A DNA stretch of 64,000 bases from Sulfurimonadaceae bacterium (GCA_041571435.1 JBFFUI010000003.1:32001-96000), one strand, 5' to 3'. Positions 8,615 to 19,108 are shown, counted from the stretch's first letter. The notes: generated by a model from the sequence alone, not told the origin. Made by a program: numbers and translations.

Positions 8615-9901
8615 CTACTTTTTGATCGGTTCAAAGATGAATCGGTTTACACCATCGATATATTCGTACGCCAACGCCATATTATGCGCGTGCAAAATAG
8701 CATCTACGAGATAAAGCCCGAGGCCGAAACTGTCCCTTGAGTTTTCATCTTTTGTAAATGGCTGTACATAGTACGCGAGTGGGTGTTTGAGACGTTCGCC
8801 TCGGCTTTCAAACCATATCTCACCCTCATGTGTCGAGATACTCAGATGTCGATCCGACGAATATTTCATCGCGTTGTCAACCATGTTCTTGATGGCGGTT
8901 GAGAAGAGGTTGAAGTCGGCCATCACCTTGATTTTCGCATCCACGTTCTGGCTGACACTCTCCCTTTCCACCATCGCAAGATCGATCGCACCGTCAATAA
9001 GATCGATCAATCGATATTCTTCGTTCTGTGCATGGCTAAAGCCGGTTGAGACCTCTTCCACGAGAGCAAACTCGTTGATTAGACTCTCCATTCGCAGGAA
9101 GATCCGGCTAAAGCGCTCTTTTTGTTTGCCGCTTTCAAGCATCTCTGCGGAGATCCGCCCTTTGGCTATCGGAGTCTTGAGTTCATGCATGATGTTGCGC
9201 ATAAAGAGTGTACGCGATTCGATCAGCGAGCGGATCTTCTGACGGGTGTTTTCGAGTTCGTTCGCAATGACTGCGATCTCATCTTCACCGCGCATCTTGA
9301 ACGACGTCTGCATTTCACCCGCACCAAAATCACGGATCTTCTTTCGCAGTTTTTGGAGCGGTCTCAGCCGCATCAGGATCAAGATATATGAGATCGTGAT
9401 ACTGGAGACAATGACCAGGTAGGCATAGAGCATATTCCAGTCCCGATAGGGCTTGATCTTCTCGTCGAGAAGAAGCACACCGCGGTTTGGACCCTGAAGT
9501 AAGAAGTAGATAAACCCTTTATGCTGCAGCATGGAGATTCGGATTTCAACGACACTTTGAGGATTAAAGCGGGGACGGAGCTGAAAAGGTGTTTCATCAT
9601 CCATCGCCTGGAAATTTTCACTCTTTAATACCTTTGCCTCATTTGTGATCTTTTTGGCCGCCGTCATATCCTCAATGGTATAGAGGCTGTACAGTGCCAG
9701 GTTGGCTTCGAGCATTGTCGCAGAGGTGCGGGCCTGCATATGCTCGCGATAGATCCGGCTGATGACGGTGTATTTCAAAAAGGTGTTGTTGATGTACTGT
9801 TCGCGGTTAAGTTTATAAAACTCAAAAAAGATATAGCTGACGCTGAACAGGGTAACCGCAAAGGCAAAAAGAACCGTTAGGAGAACAGCATGACGACCCA
9901 T
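8615..9901 (-). CDS. Sensor histidine kinase (ArsS/RacS-like; HAMP-HisKA-HATPase)
   Basis: Two TMs, DEIAVIA HAMP, MHELKTP H-box, NMVDNAMKY and FGLGLY. Confidence 0.93.
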   Translation of the reverse strand: MGRHAVLLTVLFAFAVTLFSVSYIFFEFYKLNREQYINNTFLKYTVISRIYREHMQARTSATMLEANLALYSLYTIEDMTAAKKITNEAKVLKSENFQAMDDETPFQLRPRFNPQSVVEIRISMLQHKGFIYFLLQGPNRGVLLLDEKIKPYRDWNMLYAYLVIVSSITISYILILMRLRPLQKLRKKIRDFGAGEMQTSFKMRGEDEIAVIANELENTRQKIRSLIESRTLFMRNIMHELKTPIAKGRISAEMLESGKQKERFSRIFLRMESLINEFALVEEVSTGFSHAQNEEYRLIDLIDGAIDLAMVERESVSQNVDAKIKVMADFNLFSTAIKNMVDNAMKYSSDRHLSISTHEGEIWFESRGERLKHPLAYYVQPFTKDENSRDSFGLGLYLVDAILHAHNMALAYEYIDGVNRFIFEPIKK

Positions 9902-9911
9902 TGTCTCAATA

Positions 9912-10586
9912 CTATTTTATAAGTTTGTAACCGATGCCGCGCACCGACTCGATCAGAGACTTGTCTCCCAGTTTGGTACGGATACGTCCCACCATCACAT
10001 CGATACTTTTGTTCGAGGAGTCCTCATTGATCGCGGACACATTATGTATAATATCTTCGCGTGAGACGACCATCCCCTCTTTTTTGATCATATAGGCCAA
10101 AATACCGTACTCTGCATTGGTCAGATCAAGCGGACGGTTCTTGTACGAGATCTGCATCGCCGCTTCATCAAGTTTGAAATCGCTGCTGCTCTGCTGCGCC
10201 ACCTCTGCCGCTTTGGCTTCATAGCGGCGGAGCACCGAATAGATACGCGCCTCAAGTTCACGCGGGTCATACGGTTTCGGCAGGTAGTCATCTGCGCCAA
10301 GCTCCAGCGCCGTCACCTTGTCCGTCACGTCAGAGCGTGCCGATGAGATGATAATAGGGATATTCTGGCGTTTGCGGATCTCTTCACACACTTCGAGCCC
10401 GTCCATGCCCGGGAGGGTCAGATCCAGGATCACCAGGTCAAACTCTTTGAGTTTTAAAATACTCAGGGCCTTGAACGGATCATCTTCTGTTTCAACGACG
10501 ATCTGTTCCTGTTTCAACTGCTCTAAAAATTCGGTGAGAATCTCTGCTAATTCGAGATCATCTTCTATCATTAATATTTTTATCAT
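9912..10586 (-). CDS. OmpR-family response regulator
   Basis: IEDD, LDLTLPGMDG, GADDYLPKP and SVRGIGY motifs; adjacent to the kinase. Confidence 0.95.
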   Translation of the reverse strand: MIKILMIEDDLELAEILTEFLEQLKQEQIVVETEDDPFKALSILKLKEFDLVILDLTLPGMDGLEVCEEIRKRQNIPIIISSARSDVTDKVTALELGADDYLPKPYDPRELEARIYSVLRRYEAKAAEVAQQSSSDFKLDEAAMQISYKNRPLDLTNAEYGILAYMIKKEGMVVSREDIIHNVSAINEDSSNKSIDVMVGRIRTKLGDKSLIESVRGIGYKLIK

Positions 10587-10652
10587 GCAACGATTTTAAC
10601 TCAATATGTCTAACAATTAGATAACCTCTACAATTCGCTGTATAATCCACCT

Positions 10653-11024
10653 ATGCAATTTGATTTAGATATAGAGTCTGACCAAAACAGGCTGTTTAAA
10701 CACCTGCGATCCATTATCCTTTCGTTTGAGACAATCAAAGAGAAGAAGAATCCCAAGCAGACCACGTATTATGACAGCCGCAGTGCCGTCTGTATGCTGC
10801 GGGTGCGGCAGGGAAAGGTCCGGCTCAGTTTTGCCAATGGATCTTCTCTGTGCAGAGAGTTTCATGAACTGCAAGGGAGCGCAAAAATCGTCCGCTATCT
10901 CGAATTTGAAGCCGTAGAGGATGTCGATGTTGCACGGATAAAAGAGATGTTAGAAGAGTCGATGCTGTTAAATATCGAAAAAGAGGCTGTCAGAGAGCTG
11001 CGCAAGAGCGCAACTGCTAGATGA
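10653..11024 (+). CDS. DUF1801/YdhG-like protein
   Basis: LRSIILS..., VRLSFANGSSL and LQGSAKIVRYL resemble DUF1801; TGTATAAT upstream. Confidence 0.6.
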   Translation: MQFDLDIESDQNRLFKHLRSIILSFETIKEKKNPKQTTYYDSRSAVCMLRVRQGKVRLSFANGSSLCREFHELQGSAKIVRYLEFEAVEDVDVARIKEMLEESMLLNIEKEAVRELRKSATAR

Positions 11025-13158
11025 CCAGTAACGTCACCCTGTAGGCAATAAACGAAAGCACGTACGCCGTCACCGTCGTAAAGATAAAGAGATAGATAAA
11101 ATACTTGATGCCGCCCGCTTCGCGCGTAAAGACGATCGATGCCGCCAGACACGGCAGATAGATCATGACAAAGACGATAAAGGCAACCGCCGAAGCGAAG
11201 GGGATGTTCTTGCTGATGGCAGTGATGAGCGACTTGTCCGATACATCAATATCGTCACCTATGGCGTAGAGAACACCCAGTGTCGAGACCACGACCTCTT
11301 TGGCAGCCAGACCGGTCTGCAGCGCCACCGTCATCTTCCAGTCAAAACCGAGCGGCTCGAATGCCGGCTCCATAAACTTACCGATGCGGCCAAGGTAACT
11401 CAAGGCCAACTGCTCTTCTAAAAGCTTGTTATGCAGTGCCGACTTCGCCGCTGCACTCTCCGCCCTTTCGATCTTGTTGGCGTAGGATGTGACCACTTCA
11501 TCGTTATGCGGATAGGTGCTTAAAAACCAGACCAGGACCGTGGCCGCCGCAATGAACGTACCCGCTTTTTTGAGGTACATCCAGGTCTTTGTCACTACCG
11601 TATGCCAGATGAGTTTCAGTGACGGCAGACGATACTTGGGCATCTCCATCACAAACGGCTCATCCACCCCCTTGAAAGCGGTCATTTTCAAGATCTTTGC
11701 CGCAATCAGACCGATGACCGCACCGCTGATATAGATAGCAAAAAGGATGTTGCCTGCCGCGCTCTCAGCGAAAAAGGCCCCTGCAAAAAGGACATAGACC
11801 GGCAACCTTGCCCCACAGCTCATAAAGCCGATGATGAAAAGCGTCAACAGACGGTCACGGTCGTTTTTCAGGATACGCGCCGACATATACGCCGGAATAG
11901 AGCATCCAAACCCCGTTACCAGCGGGATAAACGACTGCCCGTGAAGACCGAACTTATGGAAAAAGCCATCAAGCAAAAAAGCAACGCGCGACATATATCC
12001 TGTTGCTTCCAACAGTGCGATCCCGATAAAGAGTATGACGATGTTCGGTACAAACATGACAACAGCGCCCACACCGGCGATAAGACCGTCGACAATCAGC
12101 GAGCGTGTCGATTCATGCGTAATCGTGTTGCCGACAACTCCGCCAAACCATCCGAAAAAGGCATCGATCCAATCCATCGGGATAGAACCGAGTTCAAAGG
12201 TAAGCTGAAAAAGCGACCACATAAAGAAGAGAAAGATCGGGATACCGAACAGCGGATGGATCAGTACGTTATCAATACGCTCTGTCATCGTCTGCTTTTT
12301 GATCGTCAGGTTTTTCTCATTCACCACTTCTGTGATGATACCGCGGTTGAACGCAGCATACTCTTCAGCAAATATCTCTTTGATATCTTCACTGTCGTGG
12401 TGCAATTCAATGTGTTTGTCCGCTTCGATCAACATTGGCTGCAGCTCGGTCCACAGCGGATTGTCATGCAGGACACGATAGGTTTTTTTCTCATTTTGCA
12501 GCAGATTGACCGCGATGTTTCGGTTGGAGATAGTCGCCTTGAAGCGGTGACGGTCAAGATACTCCTGTATGTTTGCGATCTCCTCCTCAACAGCTTCCGA
12601 AAAGATAAGCTTCGGCTCGACCAAAGGCGCCTCATGCACCTCTATGACTGCATCGATCAGCGCATCAAGACCGAGTTTCGAGACCGCAGAAACGGAGATC
12701 GCCGGCAGATCCAAAAGCTGTGACAGGTAGGGTGCATCGATCTCGATCCCCTCTTTTACAGCTTCATCACTCATGTTGAGCGCAAGGACCATCTTCTTGC
12801 TCATGGTCATCAGCTCTGCGGTCAGTTGCAGGTTCTTTTCCAGGTTCGTCGAATCGACTACGTTGATAATAAGGTCATACTCTTCATTGCAAAGGAAGTC
12901 ATGAGTCACCCGTTCTTCGATGGTATAATTGGTAAACGCATACGTCCCGGGTAGATCGACCACGGTAAAATGATACCCTTTATAGTCGAAAAGGACTTCC
13001 GTCTTTTCAACCGTTACACCGGTAAAGTTACCGACGTGGAGATGCGCATTGGAGATGGAGTTGATCAGCATGCTCTTGCCCACATTGGGCTGACCGACAA
13101 GAGCGATTTTGATATGATTGGCTATGACCGGACAGGCAGGACCTTTATTGTGCTGCAT
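11017..13158 (-). CDS. feoB: Ferrous iron transporter FeoB
   Basis: GQPNVGKS, GNFTGVTVEK, DLPG, LNMSDEA, GFGCSIP and MSCGARLPVY motifs. Confidence 0.98.
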   Translation of the reverse strand: MQHNKGPACPVIANHIKIALVGQPNVGKSMLINSISNAHLHVGNFTGVTVEKTEVLFDYKGYHFTVVDLPGTYAFTNYTIEERVTHDFLCNEEYDLIINVVDSTNLEKNLQLTAELMTMSKKMVLALNMSDEAVKEGIEIDAPYLSQLLDLPAISVSAVSKLGLDALIDAVIEVHEAPLVEPKLIFSEAVEEEIANIQEYLDRHRFKATISNRNIAVNLLQNEKKTYRVLHDNPLWTELQPMLIEADKHIELHHDSEDIKEIFAEEYAAFNRGIITEVVNEKNLTIKKQTMTERIDNVLIHPLFGIPIFLFFMWSLFQLTFELGSIPMDWIDAFFGWFGGVVGNTITHESTRSLIVDGLIAGVGAVVMFVPNIVILFIGIALLEATGYMSRVAFLLDGFFHKFGLHGQSFIPLVTGFGCSIPAYMSARILKNDRDRLLTLFIIGFMSCGARLPVYVLFAGAFFAESAAGNILFAIYISGAVIGLIAAKILKMTAFKGVDEPFVMEMPKYRLPSLKLIWHTVVTKTWMYLKKAGTFIAAATVLVWFLSTYPHNDEVVTSYANKIERAESAAAKSALHNKLLEEQLALSYLGRIGKFMEPAFEPLGFDWKMTVALQTGLAAKEVVVSTLGVLYAIGDDIDVSDKSLITAISKNIPFASAVAFIVFVMIYLPCLAASIVFTREAGGIKYFIYLFIFTTVTAYVLSFIAYRVTLLVI

Positions 13159-13387
13159 TCTCTACCTCGATCAGATCCGCCTCTTCTTTGCGAAGGGCCA
13201 AACGCATCTTGCCCACCTTGACCTCAACAGTACTTTTACGCGCTGAATATTCCAGCATCGTAACGGTCGCCCCTTTCATAATGCCGAAAGAGACCAATCG
13301 CTGTTTTAACGGACCGCTTGCATGAAGCTTCGTAATCGTCGTCTCACACCCTTTCGGGCAATTTGTCAATATGTTCATTGTAATCAT
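13145..13387 (-). CDS. feoA: FeoA
   Basis: LKQRLVSFGIMKG...LALRKEEA; overlaps the feoB start. Confidence 0.92.
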   Translation of the reverse strand: MITMNILTNCPKGCETTITKLHASGPLKQRLVSFGIMKGATVTMLEYSARKSTVEVKVGKMRLALRKEEADLIEVENAAQ

Positions 13388-13402
13388 TTATTTAATTTCC
13401 CG

Positions 13403-13455
13403 TAATGATAATAAAAATCAAGTTAATATCGGTTAAAAATGATAATCTAATCGCA
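13403..13455. promoter_or_regulatory. Two Fur-box-like sites upstream of feoAB
   Basis: TAATGATAATAAAAATCAA (13403-13421) and AAATGATAATCTAATCGCA (13437-13455) resemble the GATAATGATAATCATTATC consensus. Confidence 0.7.
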
Positions 13456-13682
13456 TAATCAAGCGTTCTAAGTCACGCCGTTCATGATTATCTGCACTGC
13501 CTCAGCCGATGGGACAAAAGATCGTCTCAAAACACCAGCTGTCAGGATTATTTTTATATCGATGCACCCTTTTGGATCAAACATCATCAACATGCACATT
13601 ATCGAAAAATCTGCACTTTTATCTTTCTTCTTTTCTCTATCAGCTTTTTGCTATAATACCGCTCTCAAACATAAGGATCTAA

Positions 13683-14240
13683 ATGAACTTTCTCTACCGT
13701 GCTGACAATCATTTTAACTTAGCCAACATGTTCACTTTCGGCAATCTTACAAGCGGTTTAATCGCGATGTACCTTGCGACACAGGGCAATTATGTCTGGG
13801 CAGTTGTCTTTTTATGGATCGGCGGCGGCTTTGACATCTTTGACGGTAAGATGGCACGAAAATACGGTCTCTCCAATGAATTCGGTATTCAGCTTGACTC
13901 CTATGCTGACTTTCTGTCATTCGTTTTGACCCCCGTCTTTATTATCTTCATCTCGATTATCAACCAGCCGGATGTCTCGTCATTCTCATTTGCACTGGGT
14001 GTTGCGATCTCGCTCTACTACATCATAAGCGGTCTTCGCCGTCTGATACAGTTCAACATAAACGCCGAGGAGGGAGAGGTCGAAGAGTACTTTACAGGAC
14101 TGCCGACACCGATGGGCGCTATCGTCTTATGGCTTATTTTTTTAGGCGGCCTCTATATTTACCCTGCTTTCATTACCGTTGCATTGATGGCGGTAACAGG
14201 CTGGCTGCTTAACTCAACAGTTAAGATCAAGCACCTTTAA
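13683..14240 (+). CDS. pssA: CDP-alcohol phosphatidyltransferase (phosphatidylserine synthase-like)
   Basis: DIFDGKMARKY...FGIQLDSYAD motif, FTGLPTP; TGCTATAAT and AAGGA upstream. Confidence 0.8.
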   Translation: MNFLYRADNHFNLANMFTFGNLTSGLIAMYLATQGNYVWAVVFLWIGGGFDIFDGKMARKYGLSNEFGIQLDSYADFLSFVLTPVFIIFISIINQPDVSSFSFALGVAISLYYIISGLRRLIQFNINAEEGEVEEYFTGLPTPMGAIVLWLIFLGGLYIYPAFITVALMAVTGWLLNSTVKIKHL

Positions 14241-14307
14241 GAGATAGACTTTTTCGCACTTACTGCGAAAGCCGATACGCATCAACCACAACGCTATAGA
14301 CACTTCT

Positions 14308-14406
14308 ATGACCAAGCAAAACGACCTTATCTTCCTCGGAGACAGCCTTACCGCCTTTCCGACTGGTCGGTATCAGGTCTGCAAGTTTATAGTCAAGGAC
14401 GAATAG
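14308..14406 (+). pseudogene. GDSL/SGNH hydrolase 5' remnant
   Basis: Reads MTKQNDLIFLGDSLTAF, continues as DWS in a shifted frame, then decays into AT-rich sequence. Confidence 0.55.
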
Positions 14407-14632
14407 TTTATAGATCATTAAAAAAAAGTTGTAAAAGTGAGTGCTATCAGCGCACTTCTGTATAGATAATTAGAGGACTTTACAGCTTTTTTACTTTATG
14501 GTTGTTCATCTGTCTATTCTAGCATTGTTGCATTACGTAAGGGTTACATTCATAAAGGGTATCGCTTGACAGGCATCGCAGATAACAGTAGCGTAAGATT
14601 GTATTTGTGGAGGTCTAGAATCTACTCACTCC

Positions 14633-16543
14633 CTATTTTGCGACTTGTTGTTCCTGCTCAATTTTTTCTATCATCTTTTTTGCGCTACGGTTCTGCGGGT
14701 CCAGGCTCAACACTTTCTTATATTCGCTTAACGCGATATCTCTCTTGTCTGCACGATAATACGATCGTGCATATGCCAGACGTGTTGTGATGTCCGAAGG
14801 GTTCTGTGCAAGAAGCTGCTCCAGAATCTCAATTGCCTTGTCATGTTTTTGCAGTGCACTGTAGGTTTTTGCCAGCGCCCGGTACGCTTTGTCATCTTCA
14901 GGTTCCAGTTCCACCGCTTTTTTAAGCGCATCACGGGACTGTTCATACTCTTTTTGCCGGTAATAGACCAGACCGATGTTGAACCATGCCTTGAAATAGC
15001 TGCTGTCTTCCTCGAGGATCTCTTCATAGAGCACCTGCGCCTTGTCATACTCTTTGAGCTTGGTGTAACACACCGCCAGATCAAGTTTGACGTGGACTGC
15101 ATCCGGCGTAAGTTGAAGCACTTTCAGATAGGCATCGACAGCCTGACGGTACTGCTCTTTATGCATGAACAGATCGGCAAGCTCTAGATACGCCTCACCA
15201 TAGTCCGGGTGAAGACGGATCGCCTGCTTTAAAAAACCTTCTGACTCCGCATAGGATGATTGCTGTAGCGACAGGACACCGAGGTTGTAGTATGTCTCAG
15301 AATTGTTTCGCTGCATCTTCAACGCTTTTTCATAGGCTAGTTTTGCATCTTTAAAACGCTCCATCTTGACATACAAAAGGCCCATTTTGTTCCATAATTC
15401 TGCACTGCCTTCGCCTGTAAGTGCCACGACAATGTTATAAGTATCGAGCGCTGCAGCATACGACTCCTGTCTGGAATAAAGATCACCGAGGTACTGATAG
15501 GCCTTGGCATTGGAAGCATCAATGGTCAAAATATTTTCAAGCGCAGCAATAGCTTCCTGGTTTTTTTTCAGGCGTATCAGCAGTTCTATCACTTCAAACT
15601 GAAGTTCAACATCATCAGGCTCATGCAACAGTGCCTGCTGCAGAGTCCGTAATGCTTTGGAAGCCTTGTTCTTGGCCAAATAAACTTTGGCTATAGCGCG
15701 ATATACCTCAATGTTTTCAGGTTCAAGATCGCGCATCACCTCCAACTCCTCCAAACGTTTTTGATATCCCTCTTCATCCTGAGGATACTTCAGTTCCAGC
15801 AGGGCCAAACGGGCGCCAACGTGATCAGGTTTCAGTCGGATCGCTGCCGTAAAAGCGGCGGCAGCTTCTTCCTTTTTCGGCGGCGAGACCAGAAGATAGC
15901 TTTCGCCCAGCATATAGAGCGCCTTGGCCTTGATATTTCCACCGCTCAGGCCGGCTGTACGTTCAAACTCTTCAGCTGCCGCATCGTACTCGTCATGTTT
16001 ATAATAAAGCAGCCCAAGGTTGAAATGGCTCTTTGCGTGGGCATCAAAAAAACGGATCACCTCTTTGTAATCTGCCACGGCTTTGTCATACGCATTCAAA
16101 GCGCTGTAAGCGATCGCCCGGTTATAACGGGCTTTATAATAGCGTGCGTTGATCTTCAGGGCATTGGAGAATGAAACAACGGCCTTGTCATATTTTTTTT
16201 GTTTGAGATAGAGCATTCCCAGCCAGTTGTGGATCTGCGCGGAAGGCTCCTTCACCAAAATACTGAAGTAAATGTTTTCCGCTTCCGTCAGCTTCCCCTT
16301 CGCTATCAGTGCCTCGGCCTGCGCAATACGGGGGTCATCACTGAAATCGACTTCGGCCACGTTATTCATATCATTTTTACTGTTCTCGTCTACAGAGGTC
16401 TGTGCCGTGATGTGAATATGGTGTGCCAATTCCGCATCCTGACTTGCACGGTACTGCACAAAAAGAAGCACCAGAAAAATAGCACTCAACAGCAAAATAA
16501 CGGGGATGATGCTCTCGGTGATCCTATGCGTACCTATTCGCAA
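14633..16543 (-). CDS. Membrane-anchored multi-TPR protein
   Basis: N-terminal TM, then more than 10 TPR units (A.YNLG.LY...A...F..A); TTG start with AGGAG RBS. Confidence 0.9.
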   Translation of the reverse strand: MRIGTHRITESIIPVILLLSAIFLVLLFVQYRASQDAELAHHIHITAQTSVDENSKNDMNNVAEVDFSDDPRIAQAEALIAKGKLTEAENIYFSILVKEPSAQIHNWLGMLYLKQKKYDKAVVSFSNALKINARYYKARYNRAIAYSALNAYDKAVADYKEVIRFFDAHAKSHFNLGLLYYKHDEYDAAAEEFERTAGLSGGNIKAKALYMLGESYLLVSPPKKEEAAAAFTAAIRLKPDHVGARLALLELKYPQDEEGYQKRLEELEVMRDLEPENIEVYRAIAKVYLAKNKASKALRTLQQALLHEPDDVELQFEVIELLIRLKKNQEAIAALENILTIDASNAKAYQYLGDLYSRQESYAAALDTYNIVVALTGEGSAELWNKMGLLYVKMERFKDAKLAYEKALKMQRNNSETYYNLGVLSLQQSSYAESEGFLKQAIRLHPDYGEAYLELADLFMHKEQYRQAVDAYLKVLQLTPDAVHVKLDLAVCYTKLKEYDKAQVLYEEILEEDSSYFKAWFNIGLVYYRQKEYEQSRDALKKAVELEPEDDKAYRALAKTYSALQKHDKAIEILEQLLAQNPSDITTRLAYARSYYRADKRDIALSEYKKVLSLDPQNRSAKKMIEKIEQEQQVAK

Positions 16544-17445
16544 TCCGGGCTCCTTTTGTCAATGATCGAGAGAGGCTCGCGCATTCCCTCGCCGGCAATA
16601 TTCTGGATCTCTATACCCGGTCTGGCGTTTACTTCAAGTATGACCGGACCGCGCTCACTTAGGGCAATGTCGATGCCCAGGTAATCGAGAGGAATCACCT
16701 CTGCCGCCGCTTTACATAGCTCAAGCAGCTCCTCCCAAAAGGGGATCTTGACATTCAGGAGTACCACACCGGTATCGGGATGCGATGTTATATCCTCCCT
16801 TCCGATCCTTGCAGACGATGTATATCCCGTCGCCAAATCGATTGCCACACCGATACCGCCTTGATGGAGGTTCGCCCTCCCATCAGAGGCGATCGTCGCA
16901 ATACGCAACATCGCTTTTACGTTCTTGCCCCTGTAGTTGATCATCCTGACATCTGCCAGACCGTGCGGACTCAATGACGAGATACCCTGATCCTGCACGA
17001 TCTTCTCTTCAATAATGGCGGTATCGTTCATATCGAACGAATAGACGCCGAAGATGATGTCAGCAATATGTTTTTTGATATCTTCCAGGCTATAGATCTT
17101 GCCGCTGACGGAGATCCACTCCTCCTCTTTTCGCTCAGCGATGACGATAATCCCCTTACCGCCACTGCCCGAAGCGGGTTTGATCACAAAACTCTCCACC
17201 CCTTGCAGCGACGCTTCCAGTTGCGTCAGTTCATAGAAATAGCTGATGGTCAGGTAGGTTTTCGGTACCCGAAGGTTTGCTGCTTCCAGGGTCTTTTTTG
17301 TCAAGAGTTTGTTGTTGGCGAATTCAAAATAGCGGCGTTTGTTGCTCGGATAGATATATCCGAGATTGCGGCGATTCATCCCCAGCACCTTGTCGGCATG
17401 GCGCATATTGGCATTGAGCCGTGAAAAAAAGTGTCTGAACCACAT
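16534..17445 (-). CDS. Alpha-L-glutamate ligase-like ATP-grasp protein (RimK-related)
   Basis: VLGMNRRN, NNKLLTK, FVIKPASGSGGKGI, GLADVR, GRANLHQGGIGV, YLGIDI and LEVNARPG motifs. ATG 17445 overlaps the upstream TAA. Confidence 0.9.
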   Translation of the reverse strand: MWFRHFFSRLNANMRHADKVLGMNRRNLGYIYPSNKRRYFEFANNKLLTKKTLEAANLRVPKTYLTISYFYELTQLEASLQGVESFVIKPASGSGGKGIIVIAERKEEEWISVSGKIYSLEDIKKHIADIIFGVYSFDMNDTAIIEEKIVQDQGISSLSPHGLADVRMINYRGKNVKAMLRIATIASDGRANLHQGGIGVAIDLATGYTSSARIGREDITSHPDTGVVLLNVKIPFWEELLELCKAAAEVIPLDYLGIDIALSERGPVILEVNARPGIEIQNIAGEGMREPLSIIDKRSPDCE

Positions 17446-19052
17446 TATCTTTTCTCCCTGAATATCAGTGTCCGGAAACGAATGAGCTCGGAGACGCGCA
17501 TACCGACCCATTTGCCGAGCCAGAGATTCAGCACGATCAAAAAGAGCAGCAGTTCCGGGAAGGCGATGATCAGACTCTGCATGAAAAGCGAGCTCATGAC
17601 GGCGTAAGCCGCAATGATCACGATCGCTGAAAAAAACGAAATACGCAGCGCTTTTGTCAACCCCTGTTCCTCCTGAATGATCCCAAAACGCTCCGCCGTG
17701 ATCGCAAGGATCGCGATCGGAAAGAGCGAGATGTGTGCCAAAGAAAGCAGCGATGAGTGCACGGAAAATACCGTCATCAGCAACATAGAGACAACGACGA
17801 CGGTCAGCATAATGGCCATTTTAGGCGAGTGCAGTAGCTGCAGATAATCCAGAAACTTTCGAACCACTGCCGAAACGAGGATAATAAAAAAGAAGCCGGC
17901 AAGTCCCCACCAGATCCCTGTATCACGGGCTGCCGTGGCGATCAGTGCCGGCAGAAAGGTACCGAAGGTCTCAAGTCCGATGACATTTCTGAAGATGACG
18001 ACGACCAGCGCTCCCAGAGGGATCATCAAGATGATCTTTAGCAGGTTTTGCGAGATCCCAATGCTCTCGAAGATCTTGTACATGTTATAGGCATTGAGCG
18101 GCGAGGCGTACATCGCCTCTTTCATCTCTTTGCGCGGTACCAGCTTTTTGGTAATATGAAACATATACTGAAAATTGATGTTGGTCGTATGTCTGAACAG
18201 GCCCTTATCCCCGTAGTAGAGCCGCACATAGTTTTTGGGGATCTCTGCAAAATAGTTGTTGATCGTGTCAAACGGTATCCAGTGGCCGCGAACATAGACT
18301 TCGACCCACTGGTGGGAGGTCTTTTTGCTGCCCTGGTTAAGAATAAGACCGCCTACCAGGCGCGACGGCAGACCAAGCTTGCGCGCCAATGCCACAAATA
18401 GACGGCTCTTGCCGTTACAGCTGGCCTCTTTGAGCTTCAATGCGGTCAAGGCGTCGGTATACCCGGAGAAATTTCGGTTTTGAAACTCGTTTTGCAGGTA
18501 GTTGTGAATGGTATATAGCGCCTCATAGGTATCCGGTTCTTTGTTGCCGAAAAGCTCTGTGATCGTCTGTTCAATAAGGGGGTCATTGACCTGTATCCCC
18601 TCTTCCTGACCCAGGTAGATAGAGAGATAATCCGGCAGCTCTTTTGCGATAGAGATGTTTCTATCGATATCGTAGATGACGTGTTCGGCCTGAACAAAAT
18701 AGTTGTAACGAATAATATGGGTACCCGAGACCGAAGGTGCTTTCCATGAAGCCATGCGATTGAGCCCCTCAACACTGATCTGTGTTGTAAAGATGTCGGG
18801 TGCACTCCGCTCTTCGGAGATGTTTTGATGCGCCGTACTGATCGGAAGGTAGGTGTAGATGGACATGCTGTCACCGTGGCCGCTGACCTGCATGTTAACT
18901 TCCACATCGTACCCGATGGTCGGAATCAGGTCGGCAAGTTCATACTCCAGTACAAACAGTTTATAACCCATCAGAGAAAAGGTTGTCAGCAGGAGAATAA
19001 AAAGTGTCAACCTGTAGATGACACTAGCTGTTTTCATACCGAACATGGGCAA
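17445..19052 (-). CDS. 7TM membrane protein with transglutaminase-like domain (intact Cys-His-Asp)
   Basis: N-terminal TM; ASCNGKSRLFVALAR..GLPSRLVGG and HQWVEVY..G.WIPFD; C-terminal 7TM with IGLETFGTFLPALIA, LFPIAIL.ITAER and GKWVGMRVSE. True start may be 19046 or 19037. Confidence 0.88.
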   Translation of the reverse strand: MPMFGMKTASVIYRLTLFILLLTTFSLMGYKLFVLEYELADLIPTIGYDVEVNMQVSGHGDSMSIYTYLPISTAHQNISEERSAPDIFTTQISVEGLNRMASWKAPSVSGTHIIRYNYFVQAEHVIYDIDRNISIAKELPDYLSIYLGQEEGIQVNDPLIEQTITELFGNKEPDTYEALYTIHNYLQNEFQNRNFSGYTDALTALKLKEASCNGKSRLFVALARKLGLPSRLVGGLILNQGSKKTSHQWVEVYVRGHWIPFDTINNYFAEIPKNYVRLYYGDKGLFRHTTNINFQYMFHITKKLVPRKEMKEAMYASPLNAYNMYKIFESIGISQNLLKIILMIPLGALVVVIFRNVIGLETFGTFLPALIATAARDTGIWWGLAGFFFIILVSAVVRKFLDYLQLLHSPKMAIMLTVVVVSMLLMTVFSVHSSLLSLAHISLFPIAILAITAERFGIIQEEQGLTKALRISFFSAIVIIAAYAVMSSLFMQSLIIAFPELLLFLIVLNLWLGKWVGMRVSELIRFRTLIFREKR

Positions 19053-19108
19053 CCTTCTATTGATAGCGAATTATAACATTTTATAAATATATAACACCGT
19101 ATTAAGCG

